A DNA stretch of 28,733 nucleotides from Promethearchaeota archaeon. Lineage in GTDB: Archaea; Asgardarchaeota; Lokiarchaeia; Sigyniarchaeales; SOKP01. The translations under genes and the position numbers were made by a program. The DNA lies in contig RDOA01000047.1 in assembly GCA_011364925.1 (NCBI GenBank), positions 1 to 28,733 of the forward strand, given 5' to 3'. The first letter of the stretch is position 1; each line of letters starts with the position of its first letter. Below are positions 1-8,978 of the stretch, piece after piece. The notes under the pieces are model-generated. The model did not search any database, was not told the DNA's origin, and saw only the letters and a list, made by a program, of their open reading frames with translations.

Positions 1-1
1 C

Positions 2-2230
2 GTAGTCATCTCTGAGTATCTCGTGTCAAATCTTTCAAATATTACTAGCCTGAAAATCGTAGACTTTTGGGATGTTAATTTACACCCCCTTACTAAGTCG
101 TTAATTGTAACCTGGAATAAGCGTAAAAAGTTTGGGATATCCAAATTACTAAATATTGCTGGAAAGATGGTAAAATTCTTATTTCGAATAATTAGAAACG
201 ATACTGAAACTGTCAGAAGGAGGTTTGCGAAAAAATTTGAGTATAGTTTTGCTCTTAATTCTGAGCTAAATGTTATTATTATGACTCCAAAATATAAGAA
301 AAAACCACCTATTGAAAGAAATGAGCCAAGTAAGCACGATTATTATCCCAAAGCCCTTTTCTTAGCTATACTTAACCAAAAAGATGCAAAATTTTTCATA
401 AGTAAACAAGATCTATTCGAAGGGACTGATGTCTTAATTAACTGGGAATCGAGTGATAATACACGGAAGATTAAAAAGAGTGATTTGTGCTTGGGAGCGG
501 GAGTTAGCCTTAATTTAAATAGCAGAGAGAATTGTAGGGTTGTTACGCTATTTGGATACGAAGAGACGGATAAGATTGAAGCTTTAATTAAAAAATACAA
601 GAAAATTGTTGGGGAACAATCGATACTTGAATGGAATGCAAATCCGTGGAAAACTTCGTTTATTAATTTAAATGTAAAAGGTGAACCCCAAATGTCTCGC
701 GAAAGCATGTGGCATTCGTATTATACTCGTAGTGCTTTAATCTACGACGAATATTATAAAAATCACCGACTCCATCAAGGATCAATTTACTTGTTTGGAC
801 ATGGTATTGACGGATCAATTCGGGATTACATTCTATACCTTAATTCTCTCATCTTGCTTAACCCTTCAATCGCAAGAGAATTCTTACTTTTCAATTTATC
901 GTTAATATTTTCTGATGGAAAATTACCATATTCTTTATACGGTTATGGTAAAATTTCTTCCGTTATTGTTCATTCTAAACCATCAGATTTATACTTATTT
1001 TTATTATGGGGTATTGATCAATACATATCTTTAACTAGGGATTTCGAACTACTTGATGTTACTCTACCTTTTTGCGACAAACCACATACTAAAGGAACAA
1101 CCATACTTGAAAAGATTAAATTATTAATTGCGTATCTCTTTTCAGAAGAAGTTGGGATTGGAGAACACGGTCTTATCAAATGCAACGATGGTGATTGGTC
1201 TGATGGTATCTCTTTAATGGTAAAAAACCGAAGGAAGTTTATAAAGAAAGGAGAATCTAATTTTAACTCTACTTTTGCTCTCTATATTATCCCAAGAGTG
1301 CTGAAGTTGTTGAAAGATTTTGATAGTCAATTTAAAAACTTTATAGAAGATAAAATGAAATCGTTAGAACAAGCAGTTCTTAATTCTTATAATGGAAAGT
1401 GGTTCTTTCGAGGTTGGGATGGCCAAGGACATCCTTTAGGTGATCAATCCTTATATTTAGAGCATCATACCTGGTTATTAATCGCAAAAGTTTTAGAAAA
1501 TGAAAAAGTTGAGAATATTATAAACCAGATTTATAATACTTTAGATAAACCTTCCTCAATTGGTCAATATATAAGTTTTCCTCCCCAAAAAACGTATTTA
1601 AATATTCTTCCTAAAGGGTGGGATGTAAATGGAGGCATTTGGCACGCAATGAACGCGTTGCTCACTTGGGGATATTCAAATTACGATGAAAAAAAAGCGT
1701 TCAACTCCTTGGTAAAAAACTCTTTAGCTAAAAGAGCGGAAATATATCCAAAAATATGGTATGGAATTTGGAGCGCCCCTGATTCTTACATTGCAGATTA
1801 CGCTGAAAATGCAGGAGAGGCTTTCTATCACTTCGCAACTCCAATGTGTGATTTCCCGATAATGAATTTGAATGCCCACGCCAGCTATTTACTAAGCGTA
1901 ATCAAAATCGCTGGAATTGAAGCGGATTTTTCTGGATTAGTTATTAATCCTCATGTCTTGAATCAAGAATTTACTTTTAATTCACCTTTAATATCATTGG
2001 AATCAAATGTAGATAACTTTACTCTAAAGTATAAAATTACTGCTGATAGAGATTATAGGCTTCGAATTAAAAAACCAAAATGGTGGAACATACGATCAAA
2101 AATTTATTTAAACGGAAACACAGCTGTAACTTATTCTCAAAACAGTGAAGCGTCTAATGAGTTCATCGAGATTAATATTCCTTCTAAAATTAGACCTGTA
2201 ATAATTAAGTTAACTAAAAATGAGAGTTAG
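2..2230 (+). CDS. GH94-like glycoside phosphorylase/hydrolase (cellobiose phosphorylase-like), probably 5'-partial
   Basis: GEHGL...DGDWSDG resembles the GH94 catalytic GDWND motif. WFFRGW and NGGIWH resemble GH94 (alpha/alpha)6-barrel motifs. The frame is open from base 2, so the GTG at 23 may not be the real start. Confidence 0.7.
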   Translation, partial: VVISEYLVSNLSNITSLKIVDFWDVNLHPLTKSLIVTWNKRKKFGISKLLNIAGKMVKFLFRIIRNDTETVRRRFAKKFEYSFALNSELNVIIMTPKYKKKPPIERNEPSKHDYYPKALFLAILNQKDAKFFISKQDLFEGTDVLINWESSDNTRKIKKSDLCLGAGVSLNLNSRENCRVVTLFGYEETDKIEALIKKYKKIVGEQSILEWNANPWKTSFINLNVKGEPQMSRESMWHSYYTRSALIYDEYYKNHRLHQGSIYLFGHGIDGSIRDYILYLNSLILLNPSIAREFLLFNLSLIFSDGKLPYSLYGYGKISSVIVHSKPSDLYLFLLWGIDQYISLTRDFELLDVTLPFCDKPHTKGTTILEKIKLLIAYLFSEEVGIGEHGLIKCNDGDWSDGISLMVKNRRKFIKKGESNFNSTFALYIIPRVLKLLKDFDSQFKNFIEDKMKSLEQAVLNSYNGKWFFRGWDGQGHPLGDQSLYLEHHTWLLIAKVLENEKVENIINQIYNTLDKPSSIGQYISFPPQKTYLNILPKGWDVNGGIWHAMNALLTWGYSNYDEKKAFNSLVKNSLAKRAEIYPKIWYGIWSAPDSYIADYAENAGEAFYHFATPMCDFPIMNLNAHASYLLSVIKIAGIEADFSGLVINPHVLNQEFTFNSPLISLESNVDNFTLKYKITADRDYRLRIKKPKWWNIRSKIYLNGNTAVTYSQNSEASNEFIEINIPSKIRPVIIKLTKNES

Positions 2231-2319
2231 ATAAAAGTTATTTCCTTATAAATAAAAAGAGTTATGTATGGAGTTTATGGAGTGTTTTTAGTCCATATCA
2301 CTGAAAGGGCGGTGTTCTG

Positions 2320-2982
2320 TTAATCTATTATTGTAAACTCGATCTCTTCTCCTCTACTATTGAAACATTTTATACTGCTCAAATTATACGGAAAAGCAAT
2401 AATAAAGTTGAATTGCTTTGTTTTGAAAACTCTATTAATATCCACAAGAGAAGGATAAGGATTTCCAGAAGGATGTGAATGAATAGATCCTTTTAGAGAT
2501 AAATCAAGGCTCAATCTACTAGGGCTAAAAGACCCAGAATGTTTATAGGTTTGTGTTCCTGGAGGTAAAATGGTTTCTGTTGCGATTCCATTGGTGATTC
2601 TTAGAAGGAATAGTATTTCTTTCGGATGTTGATTTCTACATAACGCAAAAAACCCATTTAGTAGGTCTTTTTTGATTTTTATATGTTCAGATTCCAAATC
2701 GTTAATGAAGGTTATTATCTCGCTAATAAGATCAACAATAGAAGGAGGATTTCTTTTCTCCCAGCTATTTAAGAGGGGAATAATTTTATCAATTTTTCGA
2801 TAAGCACGGTTATCGCTTCTGATTAAACCAACAATTGGCTTTTTTGGGTAACGACTATAATTGATTTCCAAAAAATAATCTTTTTTTAAAGGAATTTTTA
2901 CGTGAGAGATAATATTATTCTCAAGAATTACATTAGGATAAAATTCAATTATCTTTTCGTATTGATTTTCAATTAAATTCAT
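2320..2982 (-). CDS. UBC/UEV-like domain fused to JAMM/MPN+ (Mov34) metalloprotease
   Basis: The C-terminal ~120 aa carry HPKE and GSIHSHPSGNPYPSLVD (E...HxH-x7-S-x2-D) and end in FPY...KCFNSRGEEIE, like archaeal AfJAMM. The N-terminal ~95 aa have YPKKP and LLNSW...PSIVDLISEII, typical of the UBC fold, with no Cys. Confidence 0.8.
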   Translation of the reverse strand: MNLIENQYEKIIEFYPNVILENNIISHVKIPLKKDYFLEINYSRYPKKPIVGLIRSDNRAYRKIDKIIPLLNSWEKRNPPSIVDLISEIITFINDLESEHIKIKKDLLNGFFALCRNQHPKEILFLLRITNGIATETILPPGTQTYKHSGSFSPSRLSLDLSLKGSIHSHPSGNPYPSLVDINRVFKTKQFNFIIAFPYNLSSIKCFNSRGEEIEFTIID

Positions 2983-3054
2983 ACAATCGCTAAAAAATAA
3001 AACAATGATTAAGTTTTAAAAAGTGTTAATTTAAAAATAATTTACGATTATAAA

Positions 3055-3816
3055 TTATTCTAATTTACCAGTATATACTTCCGTATCGTATTCAATTCTA
3101 ATAATTCCATTCTTTTGGTATTTGTGAAAGAACTCCTCCAATTCTACTATCATTTTAGGGAAAATAGGATTGTCTGGTAATGGAATATAAGATGCAGAAA
3201 GAACTCTACCCTTAAAACTGTTAAAATCTAAGTCTTGAAAATTATAAAACGATGCCTTCTGATAAATGTAAAAGCGATCAACATTCTTCTCATTTTTCCT
3301 TACTTCTTTATAATCAATGCCGTATTTTAACATAAAATCGTCATAACTACGATTAAACTCAGATCCAGCCTTCCCACGATTGTTCCAAATTAGTACCACA
3401 TATCCAGCAGGTTTTAAGATTCTTTTAAATTCTTTTTTCGCTTGTTCTACATCAAACCAATGAAATGCCTGTCCCGCAATAATAAGATCGATACTATTAT
3501 CGTCTAATCCTGTAGCCTCGGCGGATCCCTCAATACTTAAGAAATTATCGTATTCACTAAGAAAATTTTCAGCTGCTTTTCTCATATCTTTATTAGGCTC
3601 AACTCCATAAACGCGATTCCCATTATCCAAGAAAATCTTTGTCAGAATTCCTGTGCCTGAACCAATATCGGCGATAACCGTATCTTTTGTTAAAATTTTA
3701 TTCTTATTTAGAAAATCTATGATTTCTAATGGATAACTTGGACGATACTTGATGTAATTTTCTACTCGTGAAGAAAATCTGTTCTTAGGATCTACTTTAT
3801 ATTTCTGTTCAGTCAT
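3055..3816 (-). CDS. Class I SAM-dependent methyltransferase
   Basis: Motifs ADIGSGTG, GVEP, AGQAFHWF, RILKPAG and N-terminal YIKYRPSYP. ATG at 3816 is preferred over TTG at 3825. Confidence 0.9.
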   Translation of the reverse strand: MTEQKYKVDPKNRFSSRVENYIKYRPSYPLEIIDFLNKNKILTKDTVIADIGSGTGILTKIFLDNGNRVYGVEPNKDMRKAAENFLSEYDNFLSIEGSAEATGLDDNSIDLIIAGQAFHWFDVEQAKKEFKRILKPAGYVVLIWNNRGKAGSEFNRSYDDFMLKYGIDYKEVRKNEKNVDRFYIYQKASFYNFQDLDFNSFKGRVLSASYIPLPDNPIFPKMIVELEEFFHKYQKNGIIRIEYDTEVYTGKLE

Positions 3817-3865
3817 AAAATTCAATAAAATAAAAGTAAAATAAGTAAAAAAATTATCTGATAAT

Positions 3866-5794
3866 CTATTTTGAATACATTTGCTTAATGAAAGGAAGTT
3901 TCCCTCCAGCTTTTACGATTTTAATTTCCGTTTCACTTAACGAATGAGTTAAATTGATTTTACTACCTTTTGTAATGTTTTTTAGCACTACAGTTCCCGA
4001 TTCTAAAGTTGTCAAATCAATTTCGAACTTATCTCCTTGTTCTATTGCATCATAGTCGTTTTTGTTTGCGAAGGTTAATGGAACGATCCCAAAGTTAATA
4101 AGGTTTGCTAAGTGAATACGAGCAAACGATTTCACAATAACAGCTTTAAGTCCGAGATACTTTGGTGCGATTGCTGCGTGTTCTCTACTTGAGCCCTGAC
4201 CATAATTCTCTCCTCCTACTATAAAACCTCCTCCTTTTTCAAGAGATCTATTGTGAAAGGTTTCGTCAATTACATTGAAAACATACTTGCTAATCTCAGG
4301 GATATTACTCCTAAGCGGTAATATTTCAGCTCCTGCTGGCATTATATGGTCCGTAGTTACATCATTCTCGACTTTGAGAAGAACCTCACCCTCTAATTTA
4401 TCTGGTAATGGATTAAATTCCGGTAATGGCTTAATATTAGGACCTCTTATGACTTCCACATTCTTAGCTTCTTCAGGAGGTAAAGGTGGTACAATCAGAT
4501 TGTCATTTATATTGAATTTCTTTGGCATATCAAATTTTGGAAGGGTGCCAAATTTTCTAGGATCTGTAATTTTTCCTTCAATTGCGGCCATAGCCGCAAC
4601 TTCCGGGCTTACTAAGTAAGCATTGGCACTTTTTGTTCCCGAGCGACCTAAAAAGTTCCGATTAAAAGTTCTTAAAGACACTGCGTCGCTTTTTGGTGCT
4701 AATCCCATTCCTATACAAGGACCACATGCGTTTTCAAGAATTCTTGCTCCTGCCTGTACTAAATAACCCATTTCTCCTGATTCAATCATGTGACCTACTA
4801 CTTGTCGAGAACCAGGCGAAACTGTTAGAACCGTATTAAGAGCAATCGTTTTTCCTTTTAACATGTTCGCTGCTATTTTTAAATCCCGTAATGATGAATT
4901 TGTACAGCTTCCAATGCATACTTGATCAACTGTAAGTCCTTCTAATTCTTTTACTGTTTTTACATTCCCAGGACTGTGAGGTTCGGCGATTAGTGGTTCT
5001 AATTCGCTCAGATTTATGTTAATAGTTTCGTCATACACTGCGTCTTCGTCTGGTAAAAGCTCTACCCATTGGTCTCCCCTCTCTTGGGCAATTAAAAATT
5101 CTTTCGTAATCTCATCAGAAGGGAAAATGGAGGTTGTAGCTCCCGTTTCGGTACCCATGTTAGTTATCGTTCCTCGTTCTGGTCCTGAAAGTGTCTTTAT
5201 TCCAGGACCAGTATATTCTAAAACCTTATTCACTGCACCCTTAACTCCAATCCGTCTTAATATTTCGAGGATTACATCTTTTGCTGACACAAAATCAGGA
5301 AGTTTACCAGTTAAAAACACATTAACAATCTTAGGCATTTTCAAACGAAATTCTTCTCCAGCCATAGAAGTTGCAACGTCTAATCCTCCAGCTCCGATCG
5401 CAATCATACCTACACCGCCTCCTGTTGGAGTGTGGCTATCACTTCCTAATAAAGTTTTTCCCGGACGAGCAAAGCGCTCTAAATGGAGCTGATGACAAAT
5501 TCCATTTCCTGGACGCGAAAAGTACAATCCATATTTAGCCGCAATGCTCTGTAAATATCTATGATCGTCGGGATTTTTAAAGTCGGTCTGCAGTGTATTA
5601 TGATCAACATAACTCACAGATAACTCTGTTTTTACGCGAGGTATACCGATTGCTTCAAATTGAAGATACGCCATAGTACCAGTAGCGTCTTGCGTAAGCG
5701 TTTGATCTATAGTAATCGAGATATCAGAACCTCGTTCCAATGTTCCTTCAACTAAATGCGATTCAATTATTTTTTCTGTTAGGGTTTTACCCAT
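3866..5794 (-). CDS. acn: Aconitate hydratase (single-chain, ~640-aa type)
   Basis: QDATG, DH, GNGICHQ and GSDSHT; [4Fe-4S] ligands IGSCTN and ACGPCIG; TFNRNF, TTDHI and NYGQGSSREHAA. ATG at 5794 is preceded by a GGTG motif (ORF track starts at TTG 5800). Confidence 0.93.
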   Translation of the reverse strand: MGKTLTEKIIESHLVEGTLERGSDISITIDQTLTQDATGTMAYLQFEAIGIPRVKTELSVSYVDHNTLQTDFKNPDDHRYLQSIAAKYGLYFSRPGNGICHQLHLERFARPGKTLLGSDSHTPTGGGVGMIAIGAGGLDVATSMAGEEFRLKMPKIVNVFLTGKLPDFVSAKDVILEILRRIGVKGAVNKVLEYTGPGIKTLSGPERGTITNMGTETGATTSIFPSDEITKEFLIAQERGDQWVELLPDEDAVYDETININLSELEPLIAEPHSPGNVKTVKELEGLTVDQVCIGSCTNSSLRDLKIAANMLKGKTIALNTVLTVSPGSRQVVGHMIESGEMGYLVQAGARILENACGPCIGMGLAPKSDAVSLRTFNRNFLGRSGTKSANAYLVSPEVAAMAAIEGKITDPRKFGTLPKFDMPKKFNINDNLIVPPLPPEEAKNVEVIRGPNIKPLPEFNPLPDKLEGEVLLKVENDVTTDHIMPAGAEILPLRSNIPEISKYVFNVIDETFHNRSLEKGGGFIVGGENYGQGSSREHAAIAPKYLGLKAVIVKSFARIHLANLINFGIVPLTFANKNDYDAIEQGDKFEIDLTTLESGTVVLKNITKGSKINLTHSLSETEIKIVKAGGKLPFIKQMYSK

Positions 5795-6123
5795 TTTCAA
5801 TTTACACCATAGACTATATTGATTAGTATGTTAGTTAAAACTCCTTGTTAAATAAAACTTATTCTATCAATTTAAGGGGTCAAATCCCATTCATTTATTG
5901 GATAAATTTTCAGATTATCTTATTACTTTCTTCATTCTCCGTTTGATAATGCACAATCTCTAAATTTATTAACTATTCAACCCATAATAATTAACATTGA
6001 AAAGATTGTTATCATTTTATAGGTGCATTTAAAATAGCTGAAATTCAAACTATCGATCGAAATCTTAAGGCAGAAAATCTCGTACGAGAAACAAAAGTTC
6101 TAAATATTGCGAGACTTGCTAAA

Positions 6124-6504
6124 ATGTTAATTGCTTTATACGGCTTAGATTCTCCGTTTAGTAAAGTTGGAAAGCTGGAGGGTCAAGAGATTGAAATGTA
6201 CCTTAAAAACTTGGAAGGATATATCACTTTTATTCTTACATCCAATAGAGAAAATTTTGACTGTTACGCTCAAAAAGCTAATAATCCTATAGCCAAGATT
6301 ATAGTTAACGCAAAAAAAGAAGATATATTAAGAGTTTTAAGCAGTATTATCAGATCTAAAGCTAATATATTAGGTATTTTAAAATTGTTAAAATTCATTA
6401 TACCACGAAAAATAGTTATAAAGGGATCCTACATTGCCGTGTTGAAGCTGACAAAGTGTTTAATGATTGGCAAGAATGAGATATATAAAAACACGGGTGT
6501 TTGA
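6124..6504 (+). CDS. Hypothetical protein, SCP2 (sterol carrier)-like; may start upstream near 6034
   Basis: C-terminal KIVIKGSYIAVLKL resembles the SCP2 KLKIKGD...MKL signature. Its stop overlaps the next TTG start (TTGA). The frame is open back to 6001. Confidence 0.55.
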   Translation: MLIALYGLDSPFSKVGKLEGQEIEMYLKNLEGYITFILTSNRENFDCYAQKANNPIAKIIVNAKKEDILRVLSSIIRSKANILGILKLLKFIIPRKIVIKGSYIAVLKLTKCLMIGKNEIYKNTGV

Positions 6505-7658
6505 TTCAAATGGTTCTAGAAAATGACTCGTTCCTGGAAATATCTAGACAAATCAATAATCCTCAAGTACAAGCTTGGCAAGAGGATCACAAGAAAGTTA
6601 TAGGGCACTATTGCACTTTAATTCCTGAAGAATTACTACACGCAGCAGATTTTCTCCCATTTCGAATCCGCGCTACTGGTCATGAAGAAACTGACTTAGG
6701 CGATGTCTATATGGTACGATTTACTTGTTCATTTGTTAGAGCTAGTTTAGACATGGCTTTGAAAGGAATGTACGACTTTTTAGACGGTCTTATAATATGC
6801 AATTCTTGTGATCATTCAAGAAGAATGTTCGAATTGTTTAACGCTAAAGTGTTTAATAGAGATAATTTTAAAAAAGAAGTCTCTCGGTTTTATTTAGTAA
6901 TGCCTCATACTATTTCAGATGAAGGTTTCGATTGGTATTATAATGAAATTAAAAGGTTAAAAAATGAATTAGAAAAACTTTCAAACATACAAATATCAGA
7001 AGAAGCTCTTATCAAATCCATCAACTTATATAACAAGAATAGAAAATTATTAAGAGAAATTCAACATTTAAGAACGTTGGATGGTCCGAAGCTCACTGGG
7101 AGCCAAGCTCTTGAGATTTATATGGCAAATTCTTCAACTCCAAAAGAATACGCAAACAAGGAAATAGAAAGAATTATAAACGAGTTAGAATCATTTGAAG
7201 GAATTAAATCTGCTAAAAAAAGAATATTGCTTATAGGAAGCGATCTAGATAGCACATTTTTTACAGACATAGTAGAAAACTCAGATGCAATTATAGTTTC
7301 CGATCTAATGTGTTATGGAGTGAAAAATTTTGCCGATGATGTTATTTTAGAAAATGGAAAGGAACCATTAGAATGTATCAGTAAACGTCTTTATTATAGA
7401 TTATCATGCCCTCGGATGATGAATGACCATCAGAGAAGACTCCAATACATCAAGGATGAGATAAAACACTCCAGAATAGATGGAGTTATATTACAGAAGA
7501 TCAATAATTGCGATCTTCACGGATGTGATAACATGTTATTCTCTCATGAATTGAAGGAGCTGAATATTCCTATCCTAAATTTAGATCGAGAATTTTTTCA
7601 ATCAGATACAACAAGACTACGAACTCGAATAGAAGCGTTTTTAGAAATGATAAAATAA
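6501..7658 (+). CDS. 2-hydroxyacyl-CoA dehydratase / benzoyl-CoA reductase family subunit (HgdB/FldC/BcrC-like)
   Basis: IGHYCTLIPEELLHAA, FTCSFVR, CNSCD, and C-terminal DGVI...CDLHG...RLRTRIEAFLEM. Confidence 0.9.
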   Translation: MIQMVLENDSFLEISRQINNPQVQAWQEDHKKVIGHYCTLIPEELLHAADFLPFRIRATGHEETDLGDVYMVRFTCSFVRASLDMALKGMYDFLDGLIICNSCDHSRRMFELFNAKVFNRDNFKKEVSRFYLVMPHTISDEGFDWYYNEIKRLKNELEKLSNIQISEEALIKSINLYNKNRKLLREIQHLRTLDGPKLTGSQALEIYMANSSTPKEYANKEIERIINELESFEGIKSAKKRILLIGSDLDSTFFTDIVENSDAIIVSDLMCYGVKNFADDVILENGKEPLECISKRLYYRLSCPRMMNDHQRRLQYIKDEIKHSRIDGVILQKINNCDLHGCDNMLFSHELKELNIPILNLDREFFQSDTTRLRTRIEAFLEMIK

Positions 7659-7674
7659 TAACTGGTCCTAAAAA

Positions 7675-8964
7675 ATGAAAGATAATGAAAACAGAATAAC
7701 TCATATAACTCCTTATAAGGTATTATTAGAAGTTCTTGATAGTACTTATGAATTAGCTAATAACATCCTTCCGGAGAATGTCCTTTATTCTTTAAAAGTT
7801 GGTGTAGAAAAAATAATGCGGGTTCTTTCAAGTTACATAGAAAAGGCAAAAAATGGGGCTCCAATAGTTGGATATCACTTTTCGTTACCATCAGAATACC
7901 TAAATTGCTTTAACATAGTCCCTATATGTATTGAGGGAACGAGCTATTTCTTGTCAACTCTTCTATTAAACGGTGTTGAAAAATATTACGATATTATGGC
8001 AAATTACGGGCATCCTTTCCATACCTGTACTTCTCAAAAAGGCACAATGGGGATGACTTTAGAAGATTTATTCAAATTCGACGCGATAATTGCTCCTACC
8101 TCTCCATGCGATTGTACTATTGCTTCGTATCCATTTTTTAAGGAAATTAAAAATGTTCCTTTATTTTTGCTAGATATGCCCTATATTCATAATGAAGAAA
8201 GCTTTGAATACTATGCCGGTCAGTTAAGACTTGGTCTCGAGAAGTTGGGGAAGGTAATTGGTCAAGAACCTGATTATGATCAATTAAAGAAGTCAATTGA
8301 AATTGAAAACAAAGTTAATCAAATAAAACTAGAGATTTTTGAACTAATAAAAGCAAATCCTTGCCCAATTGACAATATGTTTAACGCAATTTCAGCTGGT
8401 ACTTCAATCTTTATATCAGGAACACAAGAAAACCTTGATTATTATCAAGAAATGTATCGGATTACTAAAGAACGATATAAGAAAGGAGAGTATTATGGGG
8501 GCACTGAAAAGATTAGGTCAATCTGGCCTTATATGATAACTTTTTTTTCCGTAGACCTACTGGAGTGGTTGAATAGAAATCTGGGTTTGAGTGTCCTCTT
8601 TGATATTTTTAACTATAATTTCGCTGAGTCCATAAATACAAAATCTGATTTAGATACATTATACTATGATATGGCAAGAAAATCTTACCAATGGCCAATG
8701 GTAAAGCAATCAACTCAATTTTATGAACCTTTTATTGAAGATTGCATTACAATGGCAAGAGATTTCAACGCGGATTGTTTCATTTATACGCAAAGTATCG
8801 CTTGCAAGCAGTTTGGTTCGATTCCTACTTTGCTTCGCGAGGCTTTAATGGAGGAAGTTGGAATTCCGACGCTTTTAATCGAATTTGACGCTGGTGATGA
8901 AAGAATGACTTCAATAAAAACTTTCAAACAGAAGATAGAAATGTTTACTAGTACGCTACTGTAA
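7675..8964 (+). CDS. 2-hydroxyacyl-CoA dehydratase / benzoyl-CoA reductase family subunit (HgdA/FldB/BcrB-like)
   Basis: HTCTSQKG, TSPCD, LLDMPY, ACKQ and GIPTLLIEFD..D.R; starts 16 nt after the partner subunit. Confidence 0.85.
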   Translation: MKDNENRITHITPYKVLLEVLDSTYELANNILPENVLYSLKVGVEKIMRVLSSYIEKAKNGAPIVGYHFSLPSEYLNCFNIVPICIEGTSYFLSTLLLNGVEKYYDIMANYGHPFHTCTSQKGTMGMTLEDLFKFDAIIAPTSPCDCTIASYPFFKEIKNVPLFLLDMPYIHNEESFEYYAGQLRLGLEKLGKVIGQEPDYDQLKKSIEIENKVNQIKLEIFELIKANPCPIDNMFNAISAGTSIFISGTQENLDYYQEMYRITKERYKKGEYYGGTEKIRSIWPYMITFFSVDLLEWLNRNLGLSVLFDIFNYNFAESINTKSDLDTLYYDMARKSYQWPMVKQSTQFYEPFIEDCITMARDFNADCFIYTQSIACKQFGSIPTLLREALMEEVGIPTLLIEFDAGDERMTSIKTFKQKIEMFTSTLL

Positions 8965-8978
8965 TATAGGTTTTTTTT

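Noticed and set aside
2267-2283. TATGGAGT direct repeat between convergent genes
   Set aside because: Only two short copies with no spacer array, so it is not CRISPR or a transposon end.
6501-8964. Assignment as bona fide benzoyl-CoA reductase (bcrBC)
   Set aside because: No BcrA/D ATPase subunits or other aromatic-degradation genes are nearby, and dehydratase cannot be distinguished from reductase by eye.
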